A stretch of 64,000 bases of DNA. Origin: Lama glama. Taxonomy: Eukaryota. The notes below the pieces were generated by a model. That model was not told where the DNA came from. It saw only the letters and a list, made by a program, of their open reading frames with translations, and did not search any database. The stretch covers positions 14,510,001 through 14,574,000 of the forward strand of contig CM052832.1 of NCBI GenBank assembly GCA_028534125.1. Reading direction: 5' to 3'. Below are positions 26,500 to 39,589 of the stretch, one piece after another. Position 1 is the stretch's first letter; each line of letters begins with the position of its first letter. The translations under genes were made by a program, and so were the position numbers.

Positions 26500-29400
26500 G
26501 AAAAGATGAAAATGAATCTATGTATGTATATACATGACTGGGACATTGTACTGTATATCAAAAATTGACATTGTAACTGATGGTACTTCAATTAAAAAAA
26601 TTTTTTAAATACATAAATAGAAGACAAAGCAGCAAAAAATAAATAAAAATTTAAAAATAAATTAATCACTGCTAAGCAAAATGCTGGCATTTGAACCCAG
26701 GCCAACTGGCTCCAAAACTTACACTCCTAAGCACCACGGACACTGCCTCTCCTGCCTTCAAATGGCATCACCAATACCAATTCACATTTGCACAGAATTC
26801 AATACCCTCAAGTCTCAACCAGAAGGTATTCCACACTCACAAACTCTCAAGGCTTTGATTTCCACGATGGCTAAACTCAGTCTCTGGGAACAAGTGGAGC
26901 TGGTTCTAAGGACAGAGCGGAGAGGGTAGGATGAGAAACAGGGAAAACATTTTCAGAGCAAGCCTGAGACAGTAAAACAGGGTGGGGGAATGTGCCACCA
27001 GGTAGGGGGAGGGCAGTTGATAACAAGAGACAGCCTCTTCCCTCTCCAGGGCCTGCATGGTCTGGGAGTTCTGGAAGTTGCTTATCAGCTCCCACCAGCA
27101 GCTCCAGCCTCATAAACTGCTGTGACCCTGGCCAGAGCTGAAACCTGGAATCCCAAAGCAAGGCAGCCCTAGGGTGGGGAGGTGGGGCCCAGCTGGGCCA
27201 GGGGCCTCCTGGCCTTAAGTTCAGAGGAGAGGCTGGTGAGCAAGGAGGGAGGACAGAGCGGTCAGTCATGGATTCTCCAGACACAGAATGCCCCTTCCCC
27301 TTGACCCAGCTGGAAGAAAGCAAAGCTCCTCTACTCAGAAAAAGATCTTTTCCTTCAACACACCAACAGATCTGTTGGTTACTCTAATGGACAGAGTGAG
27401 ACAGGGCAGAAGGCCATTTCATTTACGCATCAATGTGAATTCTCTTACAAAAACTGACTTTCTAACATCAAGTTACATCTAGCTACACAGTGGTTGTAGG
27501 AATTCTGATAGGTAATTTTGAGCACTTGGGGCAGCAAGGGAGCTTAGCTGGATGTGGAGAAGAGGTCACAAGAATGAAAAGGTGCTGAAAGGCAACATCA
27601 CTGACATCTCCATGTACCTTGAGTGAAATCTGCCCCTCCACACACTGCACAGAAAGGCCTCTCCACTCAGCCAAGGGCCTGCTCCCCTTTCTCTGTCGGT
27701 CATGCTGAAGCAGAGGGGAAGCTCCTTAAACCCTCCTCTTTCCCTTGCTCCTCCTCTGCCACTGCACACAGGACACTGAGAGGGCCTATAGGAGGTTTAG
27801 TGGTGGACCAAATAAAGGAATATGCAGGAGGGCGTTATGTTGCCCCTCTCCCTTCAAAAAAGATACCTATTGGAAGAGCCAGTTGTCTCTAACTGTAAAA
27901 GGAGAGCACCCTTAATTGTTAGCCATTTGTCTCTCTTACTCCATGTAACGCAGGAGGGCTGGAGGACACACCTTTAATGAGGGATAACCACACTGCAGTG
28001 CTTCAGCCAACAAGGAGCAGTGTTAGTTCACAGCAGGTGCTCAGTAAATGGTGAGTCAAAGACCAAGGTGGAGTATACTAAATAACTTAAGAAAATTTCC
28101 CCAAACTCTGTAGTTCAATACTGTGGTATTTTCTTGCCTTTATTTTTATGCAATCAATTCCCAGCTGACCACATGGAATTACAAGCCCTACACAGATGGG
28201 ATTCGGAACATGCTGAAACTTTTTTAAGTTACATGGGGGCAGAGCATATTTCAGAGGCAAAGGAAGACTTACCAGAGACCAAATGAGGGGAAATATCTTT
28301 AAAATGAAACATCTGGCAAACCTGGCAATTCAATTTTTATTTGTTGATGAAAATCTCTTGGACCTGGGTTCCTCTCTGAATCATTCTTCTTAAAATAGAG
28401 GCTTTTATAGAGAGCATTTTGTCTGATTTTCCTTCCATGGGAGGCTCCACTGAGAACACAGAGGAAGCAGCAGCAGTCTCAATCTAAATTCCATTTTCAT
28501 AATAATTAACACTTTAACTCCAATCCAGCAATATTTGTTGAAAAGTGAACTGCAGCTGAGACGCTGGTCTCATCTTTCCCTAAATCTCCATGTACAGATT
28601 TTCCTTAATGTGTTAACAGGTAAGAAGCAGACACAAAGCTCCTTTATCAACAAGTTCTTCAAAGGCTTTATACTGGCTACAAGGCAAACAGTTCTGACCC
28701 AAAGCAAATACTTTCTCTGAGAAGATGGGAACAGAGAGAACCAGCTCTGCCTTCAACTGAGAGTGGACCCTGAACAGAGGGGCTCCAAGATGAGGGCTTC
28801 AGGCACATGCCAGCCCACCGCAAAACAAAAACACAGCTAGCCTTTCCTTTCATTTCATTATGGCATTCTCATCAATCAAGCTGAAATAGGGAGGAAACCC
28901 TCTGGAAGGAAATCTTGGGAATATAAAAACCCAAACTGCACCCTACTAACGACAACAACAAAACCTGCCCAGGCCTGAAGCTCCAAGATGTTTACAGTTA
29001 CAGACCTACGCATATAGGAAGTGTGTCTGCATTTATCCCCAGCTGCCTACAGTACTTGGGGACCCCTTCCTTCATCAAGTGTCTGAGTCTCTACTAAGCA
29101 CTAGGACCTGCCACAGGGCAGGGACATATGTGAGCAAAAAGACAGGCATAGCCTTAGCCCTCACGGAACTTATACTCTGGTGGGCGAGATGGACCTCAAT
29201 GATCCCAGAGATAAATGTACATAAAGAGCTAGCTAATACCTCCCACTACAGAACATGATAACCCCAAGTTCCCTTCTAGAGTAAAACACCACCCCATTTT
29301 ACAGCTGGAAAAAAAATGAGATACATGAAGCAATGTGCCCAAGATCATATAACTTACAACCTCAGCTAGGCAAGGCCTCAAGTCCATACGCTCTAACCAC

Positions 29401-32400
29401 CCAGGTCACCCTGCCCTCTTCCTGCTGCCTCCAGAAGCCTCAGTAAGACTACTGGGGAGAAACAACTCTATAATCCGTCCTCCTCCTGCACTCAGAGCCT
29501 TCAGACAGGCCTGTGTCCAATAAACAGTTTTGGGGTCCACAGTACAATATTTTAATGCTCTTCTCACTTCACTTGTGGGGAAATTTTCCTTCTTCAGAAA
29601 TAGAAGAGTCAATAACATAGGGAGCCCAAAGGCCTTTTCACAGAATAAATCTAAAATGGGTACTGGGCCCTGGAGGATTTTTAGCTGCCCAAGAAAATAG
29701 GCCAGCACATTACCTGAACTCTCTCTGTTTCCCATCCTGGCCAATTCAACATTGGCTAACAGAATTTTCAAAACCATTTCCTCCCCAATATTAGAAAAAT
29801 CTTACTACCTCCCAAGCCAACTTATAAACACACTGAACAATGTCTTCCTGACAACACTTTATAAAATCAAACGGTGATGACTAAATCACTCTAGGCCCAT
29901 TAGGGTGATTCATTAAGTGACAAATATTTTTGTTGAGCAAACTACGAGCTCTTAATTAATACTATTTAAATTCTGATGGTTTTAATAATCAAATTTTCAT
30001 AAAGGAGCACAGTCTTAGCATTATTTTATGAATTTTTTAAATGTCTGTATGAACTTCTTTGGGCAGGCGCCATCCTTCCTGACTGATTACTTTTAGGCTC
30101 AAAGGCTATTTTATGTCATCTTTCCCAACTAGGGAAGAGTTAGAGGGCAGGAGACCAAGGCTTCAGCTCAGCCACTATTTTCATGTGTAACCTTCAACAA
30201 GTCAATTCATTTCTCTGTGGCTACTTATTTGTATTGTGGGCACGCGAACAGTCTTTATTTTACAGGGATGGTGAGGCCAAATGAGATGATAGAGGTAATG
30301 TAAAAGGCATTTAAAGTCAAGATGTTTGATCATCTTTCTGTACCTGGCCCCTAGTACAGGGTCTACCACAAAGCAGAAACTCAGTAAATGTTTGAAGAAA
30401 GAACAAAGTTCACCTTTGCAGAAGCTGACAGCATTGATCGAGCACAGGAAACCTAACTTTAGGGAACCAAATGATGGGTTAGGTTAACATGGGTAATACA
30501 CACTAAAAATAGGTAATACACACTCAGCCAGCGGGACCACAATAAAAAGTTCTGCATCTCATCACCAAAAACAAAAACACCCATCACTATATGCCACATA
30601 GGTACACAAAATCAAGGCAAAAATGTCACTCGAAACCATTTCTATTTCTCAATCTTTCCAAAACGTATTATTTGCAATGATCCTCTAACCAAGATATCAA
30701 AGTATTCTTACCAGTACACTCATCTTTCTCATCTAAAATCAAATTTGCAGTAGAATAAGGTAGTTCTAAAAAACAAAAGTCTATTAAGTCCCTACTGTCT
30801 GCTCAGTAACAAGTTTTCAGTTATTTCGATCTTTACTGTTTAATAAAATGTGTTGCCAACTCTCCTCAGAGGTAAAGGGGACTCTCTCACCCCGAGAGTT
30901 TGCTCTCCTAACCATGGGCGACTACCCAGTCTCAGGGTCTGGAGCCCCACCTCCCTGAAGACCCCAGCCTGCCAGAATACCTGGGATCAGGGAGAAGCTG
31001 CAGGAGCTGCTCCGAGGTTATCAAGTGGGGATAGAAAACGCAGCTAAGGACCATCCTCTCCCTTAAGGGGTTCTGCGGAAGAGACCCTAGACTTTTATAT
31101 TTAAACACAGGGGAACCAGAGCATGCCAAAGATGAGGATCGGACTACATGAGGCGCCAATGGAAAATGCTGACACTGGTGTTAATTACAGATGCAGGAGA
31201 ACCAACAAATTAATAAACAAGAAACAGTGAAAATTTGATTTGGCTGTGTAAAAATTAATACTAATTACAGCCACTTGTGTGAATTGCGTACCTAATTACC
31301 ATGCAGCACAATGATGATCGTGCACATCAGTAACAATGTCAGATTAGCATATGAATGTTTGATTTCACCACAACACTGAATTGAGGTCACACATAAATGG
31401 GTGCTCACCTAGCATGCTTTTTCACTCACAACTTAAAGCTGAACTCACCATCCCTGGGTGAACAAGAACTTGCAACGTTGTAAAAGCATTAACAGTCCTT
31501 GGGCACAACCTGAAAACTGGAACAGCAGAGATTCACCGTGGCTCAGAGTACTATACAGATTCCAGGGGCAAGAAATGTATCTTGCCTTTTATTGCATATG
31601 ACTCTGTAGCCAAACTGCCATTTCTCTTCTATTCACTTGAATGGGCATTCTCTGTCCCACAAACCACCATCCTTCTATTCTAAACTGTCAAGGATTTACA
31701 GTAACAGGAAATTTGGAGTTGGGGCAGTCAGAAGACTGAATTTTGGCTGACTGGAGAGAAAAGCTTCCTCTCAGCATAAAGGGTGTGGTTTGGGTTTCTT
31801 AATGACCATTCAGGGTTAGGACACCAGACACTGCCAATCACAAAGTCCAGGGAGCTTGTTTTGCCTTTTCCAGAAGTTTCCAGTCTTCTATACATGGTCC
31901 TTGAGCTTCATGAGGACACATTCTCACAGCTAAGGACCAGGACAGTGAATGAGGAAGTCCTAGGCGCCTGGATAACAGCCATGGGGGTGTAAGTATTCCC
32001 CTCACTGCTATCCTGTGCACATCAAAGGAGCTTATTTCAGTGTATCACAGGCCAAAGCAAATGCAGTGTTAGCTTTAAACTTTATAAAAACCTTAGAATC
32101 AAACCTATACACCATTCCACAAGAAGTGTTGGTTTGGCTTTCTGTACACATCTCAGTAAATAAATCACTACCCTGAAAAGAGTAAGAAGTCTTGGTTTTT
32201 TTCTTTCCGTATGACTAGTTCCCCCTCAGTTCAAGGGTTCATGGGCCTTCTCTGTGGGGAATACCCATTTGGAGGTTTAGCTTTTACCGCAACAAACAAA
32301 GGAAGATTAAAACAAACTGAAAGACTGGCTTATCTTCCTGCTTAAAAAAAAAATTATCACATAACTCTAGGCCTTCATCTACAAATGCTTATGCTCACTG

Positions 32401-32559
32401 AAATAAGTAATGGAGCTGTTCTAAAGCAAACACTTCCCTTCTGCTGAAGAGGGAAAAAAAAGTATTTCATTTCCGTTATCCAGTCCTTCTAAAAATTTCA
32501 CTCTCTCACTTCACATTGTAAAATTCTACGCAGTTGTAAGAGAGATCAACTTCTCACTT

Positions 32560-33180
32560 ATAAATTAACCACCAATTTCGAGTATCTTTCCAATCTGGCC
32601 TCTCCTCCACACCCATTGTTACTGGCCCTGACAGTTTTACACTCTTAGTCAATTTCAACCCCTCTGATCCACTTCCCCAAAATTTGAAGTGACCTTTGGA
32701 AACTACAGATCCATCATTACCTTCAGTGCAAAATCCAAGTCCTTAACCAGGGCACAGCGGTCTTGCCTCTGCCTGCTCTCCAGCCACTCTCTCCCTGCTC
32801 CACAGCACCCACCTCCAGCCTGCGCACCAATCGCCTGCAGTTTTCTGAATGTGCCGTGCTCTCCACATATCCTTTCTTTGCACACACTGTGCACTCTCTC
32901 TGCAGCTTAGATGAGCCCTCACTTTCCCTTGCTTTCCTCGTACAACTCCTGTTATCTCTAATATGCCGCTCGGACTTCACTTTCCTCACACACTTGGAGG
33001 GCCCCTACCTCTCCACCCTGTCCCTTGATTTCTATGGGACCCTCCAGCATCTCTGGTTCATAGCACTCATCACACTACTATCTCTCTCTCTCTCATTAGA
33101 AGATCAGAAGGCTGGGATTGAGACTGCTTTTCTAATTCCACTGGCTTACACATGGTCTGGAACTCATTAAATGAAGAAAA
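32560..33180 (+). mobile_element. Degraded L2-like 3' region (other L2-like pieces near 7.8, 15.2, 22.6, 29.1 and 49.8 kb)
   Basis: aaaatccaagtccttaaccagggcac..ctcattaaatga resembles recalled L2 3' consensus. Heavily diverged. Confidence 0.5.
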
Positions 33181-34819
33181 TGCCATCACCCTTTGATTCC
33201 AAATCAGCACAACTTCCCCTTCTAGAAAGTTACGCATGTAAACTATTGGGTAAAAACCAAAACTAAGTGACTGTTTATTAATGATGATGATAATTATTAT
33301 GGTAAATGTCAGTTGAAGGCACAGAACATGGTGCAAGGGAAAAAAATATTGACTTGCAGTCAGTGATATACGGGACTAAGTTCAGAGAAGTAACATAAGG
33401 CTAGGTCTGTGGTTTTATGGGAGAATTCACTTAAGTCTGAGAATGTGGAAAGTGTAGTATTTGGCACATGTGTACCCATCCCCGCTCCCACTCCACTGTA
33501 CCACATGGGCCTAAGTGCATGGTGGAGAAAAAGTGATACATTCCCAGGCAAAAACCTATGATGATAAAGAATGATAGTTACTTCAAGGAGGGGCATTTTT
33601 GGCTGGAAGGTGACACAAGAACCTTCTGGAGTGTTGGAGATGTTCTATGTCTTGGTCTTGGTGATGACCACACAGATGTATATGTAGGTAAAAATACATG
33701 GTTCTGTACACTTAATATCTGTGCGTCCACTATATGGAAATTATACTTCAATAATTTTTTTTTAACAAAAGAAATACACTCCCCCTACAATGGAAGACAG
33801 CCCCAAAGATGAGGCTTTAAGTCAAAGTATATTTGCACACTGAAAGCTCCTGGTTACTGACAGCGGCGATTCTTAGCCCTGGGGCCACAGTGTCATTATA
33901 AAGGATCAGCAAATTCATTTGTACACCAGGCACTGGCAGCAGACAGGATACATATCTCACACACAGCGCCAATGCCCCAGATGTAAAGAGAAGCTACCAT
34001 ACTTAAAACACGTTTATTGCAGTGTTACTAACTTCACAGTCACTCTGTTATAACATAGTTGCTCAATCAACAAATACTCAAAGTAAAACCACAATCCTGT
34101 TGTGACTAAAACAGTTTTTTGAAGAGACAGCTCTCACTCCTCCTCTCACAACTCTCTTGCTCTCTCTCACTTTCTCTCAGGCCTATAGAAAAAGTCTAAA
34201 CTTGATAAAGGCAGCATCCAGGCAGCCACCCACCCACGTTATCAGCCTCCCCTTCACTGACTCCACACGGAGCCTCCCCTCCACTCCTCCTGGACAGCTT
34301 TACTCACTGCTCAGCAAAAAGGTCTTTCCCACTGTAGATTCTCCACTTCTGTTCCTAGCTGGTCCCCTTCCTCCTCCACGCCAGTTCCCTATCAGCTATC
34401 TGAATCTTTGGCTCTCTTCAAGGACAGGGCTCAAGTTCCACTTCCTAGGGGTGCATGGTCAGGGAGAAAAGTCTCCAGACCACCGTAGCCCATTACCATC
34501 TTCTCTTCCAATCTCCTTTAGCCTGGACTATTTACATCCAAGGCTAAATGGCCAAGTACCTAAAAGGGGGGTAGATTTCCTCTGTATAAATATTAACAGC
34601 TGACATTACTATGTTCCAGCCACTGTTCTAAGTACTTTACATACATTATCTCATTTAATCTTCACTCAATCTTATTATGTGGGAGATGTGATTATTCAGA
34701 TGAGGAAACTGAGGCAAAGAAATGGAGAAAGTTGTCTGTTATCTTTCAATTGGTAGGCAGCAAAGGCAAGATCTGAACCCAGAGAATCTGACTCCAGAGC
34801 CACTAAATGACATGGTCCT

Positions 34820-35890
34820 TACTTACTTTTTATTTTGAAATAATTTTAGGCTTACAGAAGAGCTGCAAAGATTTAACTTTCACCCAGATTCTCCTTATGT
34901 TATCATCTTAAATAACCACAGCACATTGATCAAAACTTAAGAAATTAACACTGGTACAATAATATTAAATACAGACTTTATTCAGATTTCCCCAGTTTTT
35001 ACACTCATATTCTCTTTCTGGTCCACTTTACATTTAGTAGGCATAATTCCTTAGTCTCCAGTCTGTTACAGTTCCTCAGTCTTTGTCTTTCACTTTTAGA
35101 AAATACTAGTCAGGTATCTTGATGAATGTTCTTCAGTTTGAGTTTGTCTGTTTTCCCATGATCACACTGAGGTGATAAATTTCTGGGAAAGAACACAAGA
35201 GGTGAAGTGCCCTTCTCAGCACATCCTATCGGTGTGGGGGGGAGACTGATATTAACGTGACTGATTATGTTAATTGACCTCCTGATTAAGTTCTGCCAAG
35301 TTCTTCCATCCTAAAGTTACTAGTTTCCTTTTCCATTCTCTATTATTTGGAAACCAGTCTCTAAGTCCAGCCTACACTCAAGAGGAAAGGAATTAAACTT
35401 CATCCCCTGGAGAGATGAGTTTCATAGAATATGTGGACATGAGTTGAAACATCACAGTAATTAATAAATATTTTGGGGAGATGCTTTGAGGCATGTAAAT
35501 ATCATTTCTCCTCAAATTTTCCTCCACTACTTTTAGCCATCATTGGTAGATCTTCCCCACAATTACTACTGTAGTATACTAATGGCAATTTTCTATTCTT
35601 CTTAATCCTTCTATATTTAATAACTGGAATTCTACTGAAAGGAAGAACTATCTCTTCGCTCCCATTTATTTATTTATTCAATCATTTATGTCATTAACTC
35701 ACGGATGTTTATTTTATTCTTTGGCATAACCCATTACTACTGTTTTTTATTTTGTTGTTCAAATTGTTCCAACTTTGGCCATTGACAGTTCTTTCAGACT
35801 GGCTTCTGTGTTCTTTTGACATGCCTGTCTTTTTTACTTATTTATTCCCTGCCCCAGTCCTGGAATCAACTATTTCTCTGGAGAGTTCAT
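34820..35890 (-). mobile_element. Old L1MC-like 3' UTR
   Basis: tttattttgaaataattttaggcttacagaagagctgcaaa..ccctgccccagtcctggaatcaactatttctc matches recalled L1MC 3' end, antisense. Confidence 0.75.
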
Positions 35891-37151
35891 AGGGCCATTT
35901 TATCATCACTCTAATTCAAATCAATTTCTTAAGGGAACTGACAAATTCTGTATTCCTAAGCATCTCCTACAGAAGTATATTTAATACACGGTAATGTATT
36001 TGTTTATGAAAGCTTCAAGGGCAGAAAGAGCGATGCCCACTTACACATTCACATAGATGAAGCAACAGGCTTCTTCCTCTCTGGACCTACCCTTCTGGAC
36101 AAGGTATACGAGAGGCCTCACAGAGTTCCTTGCACACAGTAAGAGAACAGTAAGCAGTAGTTCCCCTCCCCAGTCTGACTCTGCAACTACTTTAAGATGT
36201 GCTCATGTGCCTTCCTTGGGACCTCTGTAAGGGAACGCTATGAACACTGTCCTTTTTTTTTTTAATGGATGGGAAACTGAGGTGTAGGAGACGTAAAAAA
36301 CATTCCCAAGATCATACAGCTACAGGATGGCTAAGGTGACTACGCAGAAGGCCCCTGAGAGACTGCTCTTCCAAGCCCGTCCCCAGAGGCAGTGTGTACT
36401 CTGAAGGAGGAATGTTCCAGGAGGCGTTTCCTGCAGACTGATTTTTTTTTTTGTCTAACCCGTGTCCTTGTCCCTTCAGAGTTCAAGGATGGAGAGACTG
36501 ACTAGAGGATAAAATTAAGAGACCTGTGTACTTTCCAGACCCCACAGTTCTACACAGACCTATACCAACTCTACAGACAAGAACTTAAGGCTTAATTTAA
36601 AGATTGTCTGGGTATCTATACATCAAGTAAAAGGCTAAAATTAAAATTAATGAAGGAAGAGAAGACAAGTTTTATATTTTGTTCCACTCATACCCAGATG
36701 GCCACACAAACCCAACGACCGATCCTAACTTAGTACAAATACTAAGTGGGCAATGAGAAACAAACAGGTTAAAACAAATGTGAATTACAATCAAAACACT
36801 GTTAAAAAGCAGCAGGTTAAGCCTAAAGATGCCAAAATCTTACAAGTCCCAGGACCTAGTAATGAGGAAACCTGATGCCAGCCAGATTCGTCATATGATG
36901 GCTCCAGTGACCTCATTATTTCACCATCAAAAGGAAATCAGATAATATCTTGAGCAATAGAAAGCATTAAAAAAAAATACATACACACAAATAATATATA
37001 TGATAATAATGATGTGATTAGGTTATTTTATAACACGCACATTTTTTCAGATATACAGTTGACTAAAGAGTAAATATTAAAGAGAAGTAAACAGAAATGA
37101 TGGTAACTAAAGATAATGAGTCTAACAGAGCATGATGGTTCAAGAAGACAT

Positions 37152-38216
37152 TAAAAAAAAAAACAACTCTCCAAAATACACAAATAGCTCATATAGCTCA
37201 ATATTTAAAAACAAAAAGAAAAACAAAAAGAAAAAAACCAACCCAATCAAAAAATGGGCCGAAGACCTAAACAGACATTTCTCCAAAGAAGGCATACACA
37301 TGGCCAGCAGGCACATGAAAAGATGCTCAATATCGCTAATTATTAGAGAAATGCAAATCAATACTACACTGAGTTACCACCTCACACCAGTCAGAAAGGC
37401 CATCACCAGAAAGTCTATAAAAAGAAAGCTTAAAAATAATAAATTCTGAAGAGGGTGTGGAGAAACGGAACCCTCCTACACTGTTGGTGGGAAGGTAAAT
37501 GGTGCAGCCACTATGAAGAACAGTATGGAGGTTCCTTAAAAAACTAAAAATAGAGTTATCATATGAGCCAGCAATCCCACTCCTGGGCATATATCCAGAA
37601 AAGACCAAAAGTCTAATTTGAAAAGGTACATGCACCCCAATGTTCACAGCAGCACTATTTACAATAGGCAAGACATGGAAGCAACTTAAAATTCCATCAA
37701 CAGATGACTGGATAAAGAAGATGTGGTATGTATATATAATGCAATATTACTCAGCCATAAAAGAATGAAATAATGCCATTTGCAGCAACATGGGTGGACC
37801 TAGAGAACATCATACAAGTGAAGTAAGTCAGACAGAAAAACAAATATGATATGATATCTCTTACACGTAGAATCTTAAAAAATGATACAAATGAACTTAT
37901 TTACAAAATAGAAAGACTCCCAGACATAGACAACAAGCTTATTGTTACTAAAGGGAAAGAGGGGAGGGATAAATTAAGAATTTGGGATTAACAGATACAC
38001 ACTACTAAAAACAAAATAGATAAATAACAAAAACCAACTGTATAGCCCAGGGAACTGTATTTAATATCTTGTGATAACCTATAATGGAAAAGAATCTGGA
38101 AAAGAATATATATACATACATATACACATACAAATACATACATAACTGAATCAATTTGCTATACACCTGAAACACTGTAAATCAACTATACTTCAATTTA
38201 AAAAATTGAAAAAAAA
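37152..38216 (+). mobile_element. L1 3' portion (artiodactyl-type)
   Basis: [40 protein letters not shown].. followed by 3' UTR and atcaactatacttcaatt + A tail. Confidence 0.92.
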
Positions 38217-39420
38217 GACAGCTTTGTCAACTTGGTTGACAAAATTTAATAAGTAAAAGTACTGGATCCTGATTTTTTTTAAGTATTATTATTATTATTA
38301 TTTTTACTATTGGAAGGATCCTGATTTTGTATACACTCTTTCTTTAAAAAAGAAAAACCTTTCAACTTTAAAGTGAAACACTAAGCTCTCAATCATTTAC
38401 ATAAAAACCTTTACAAAAGTCTGCTCTATGTCTGCTAAAGACGGCAAAGGGCTGCTGGTAAGTGACCAGCAAAAAAACCATTCTCTAGCTAGGTCTTAAA
38501 CATAATTACAGAGATAGCAATAGATTAAAAAGTAACAAATTTGGAATCTCTGCCAATTTCAACACATGAGGTATTTTCATTTGTGAATCAAAAGTAGAAG
38601 AGCTGTTCTATTACTGCTAAGCATATAGGACGTAAGGGTACTTTAGAACTACTCAGCTAGAACACTATCTTTTCCTTCTACAACCTGGAGACTCAGACAT
38701 CTTGGCAGCCATGATCTCCACATAAAACAGATCCACCGGCCTTGCAAATGGAAAACTTCAGTCTTGGGCAAGTCACTTAACCTCTTTGAATTTCATCAGT
38801 AAAACAGTCACTAATACCTATCTCACAGGATTGTAAAGATTAAAGCACCAAGGATTATGTAAGTAATATTTCCTGTCCCATAATCCCAGGCTTCAAGCTA
38901 GTATCAACCATCATTTGAACTAGCCAGATAACACTCCCTGAAAATCATTTTATGATAAACAGGTTATTGTTTGGGATGTAAAATTTGGTCATAAATCACT
39001 AATGAAGGAGGGGAAGGGAAGAGAACTGTGAAAAAGCAGAGTTGGTGGCAATAGTCAGAAATCATTCCAAACACACAGGCCTCTGGTTTCTTGCCAGTTG
39101 TTCAGGTTTACTTCCCTCGCACACACTTTGACCTCAGTAGTATATCTGGCACATCTTGATCACTTTGAATTTGGGAAGAGGGGGTTCCTGAATTTTCTCA
39201 CAGTTAAAATTCACGGACATATTAACCTGCTTGAGAGGAGTGTGAGAATTTTCTAGAAGAAAGTAAAAAAAGCAATATGGGAGGCTTTTTCTTCTTCATA
39301 AGCTGCTACCCCTATATCCTCTAAACTAATATAATATTTGGCCTAAGTTTAGAGATGTTCCCCTCATCTAACTTTCCTACATACCAAGGAAACTGCTAGT
39401 GACTTAAAAAATAAGTCTCT

Positions 39421-39589
39421 TGATGAATGTTTACCAAACTTAATGTGATAATCATTTCATGATGTATAAGTCATTACTGCTCTACAGATTAAATTTATAC
39501 AGTCCTGTATGTCAATTATATCTCAATAAAACTGGAAGAAAAAATTTAATAAAAATAAAAATTTAGTGATCAATTAATTTAAAAAAAAT
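39421..39589 (+). mobile_element. Short L1 3' end
   Basis: tgtatgtcaattatatctcaataaaactgg + A tail. TSD aataag(t/c)ctct at 39410-39420 and 39590-39600. Confidence 0.75.

Larger units (their letters stand above)
23969..26658 (+). mobile_element. L1 3' portion (outer element) inserted into a MIR
   Basis: L1 ORF2 C-terminus and 3' UTR at 23969-24837, resuming at 26515-26658. Degenerate 17-bp TSD aaataaattactgctaa 23952-23968 / aaattaatcactgctaa 26659-26675. MIR halves at ~23840-23968 and 26675-26740. Confidence 0.88.

Noticed and set aside
30489..30524. Short tandem duplications (ggtaatacacact x2; also ~2891-2912 and ~55348-55375)
   Set aside because: Two-copy local slippage events with no array structure. 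Not CRISPR-like.
31311..31379. C/D box snoRNA (ATGATGA ... CTGA, ~70 nt)
   Set aside because: Antisense to the host intron and no convincing terminal stem. Such short boxes occur by chance.
38223..38243. Perfect 9-bp hairpin tttgtcaac-ttg-gttgacaaa
   Set aside because: Too short for a miRNA or MITE and no supporting context.
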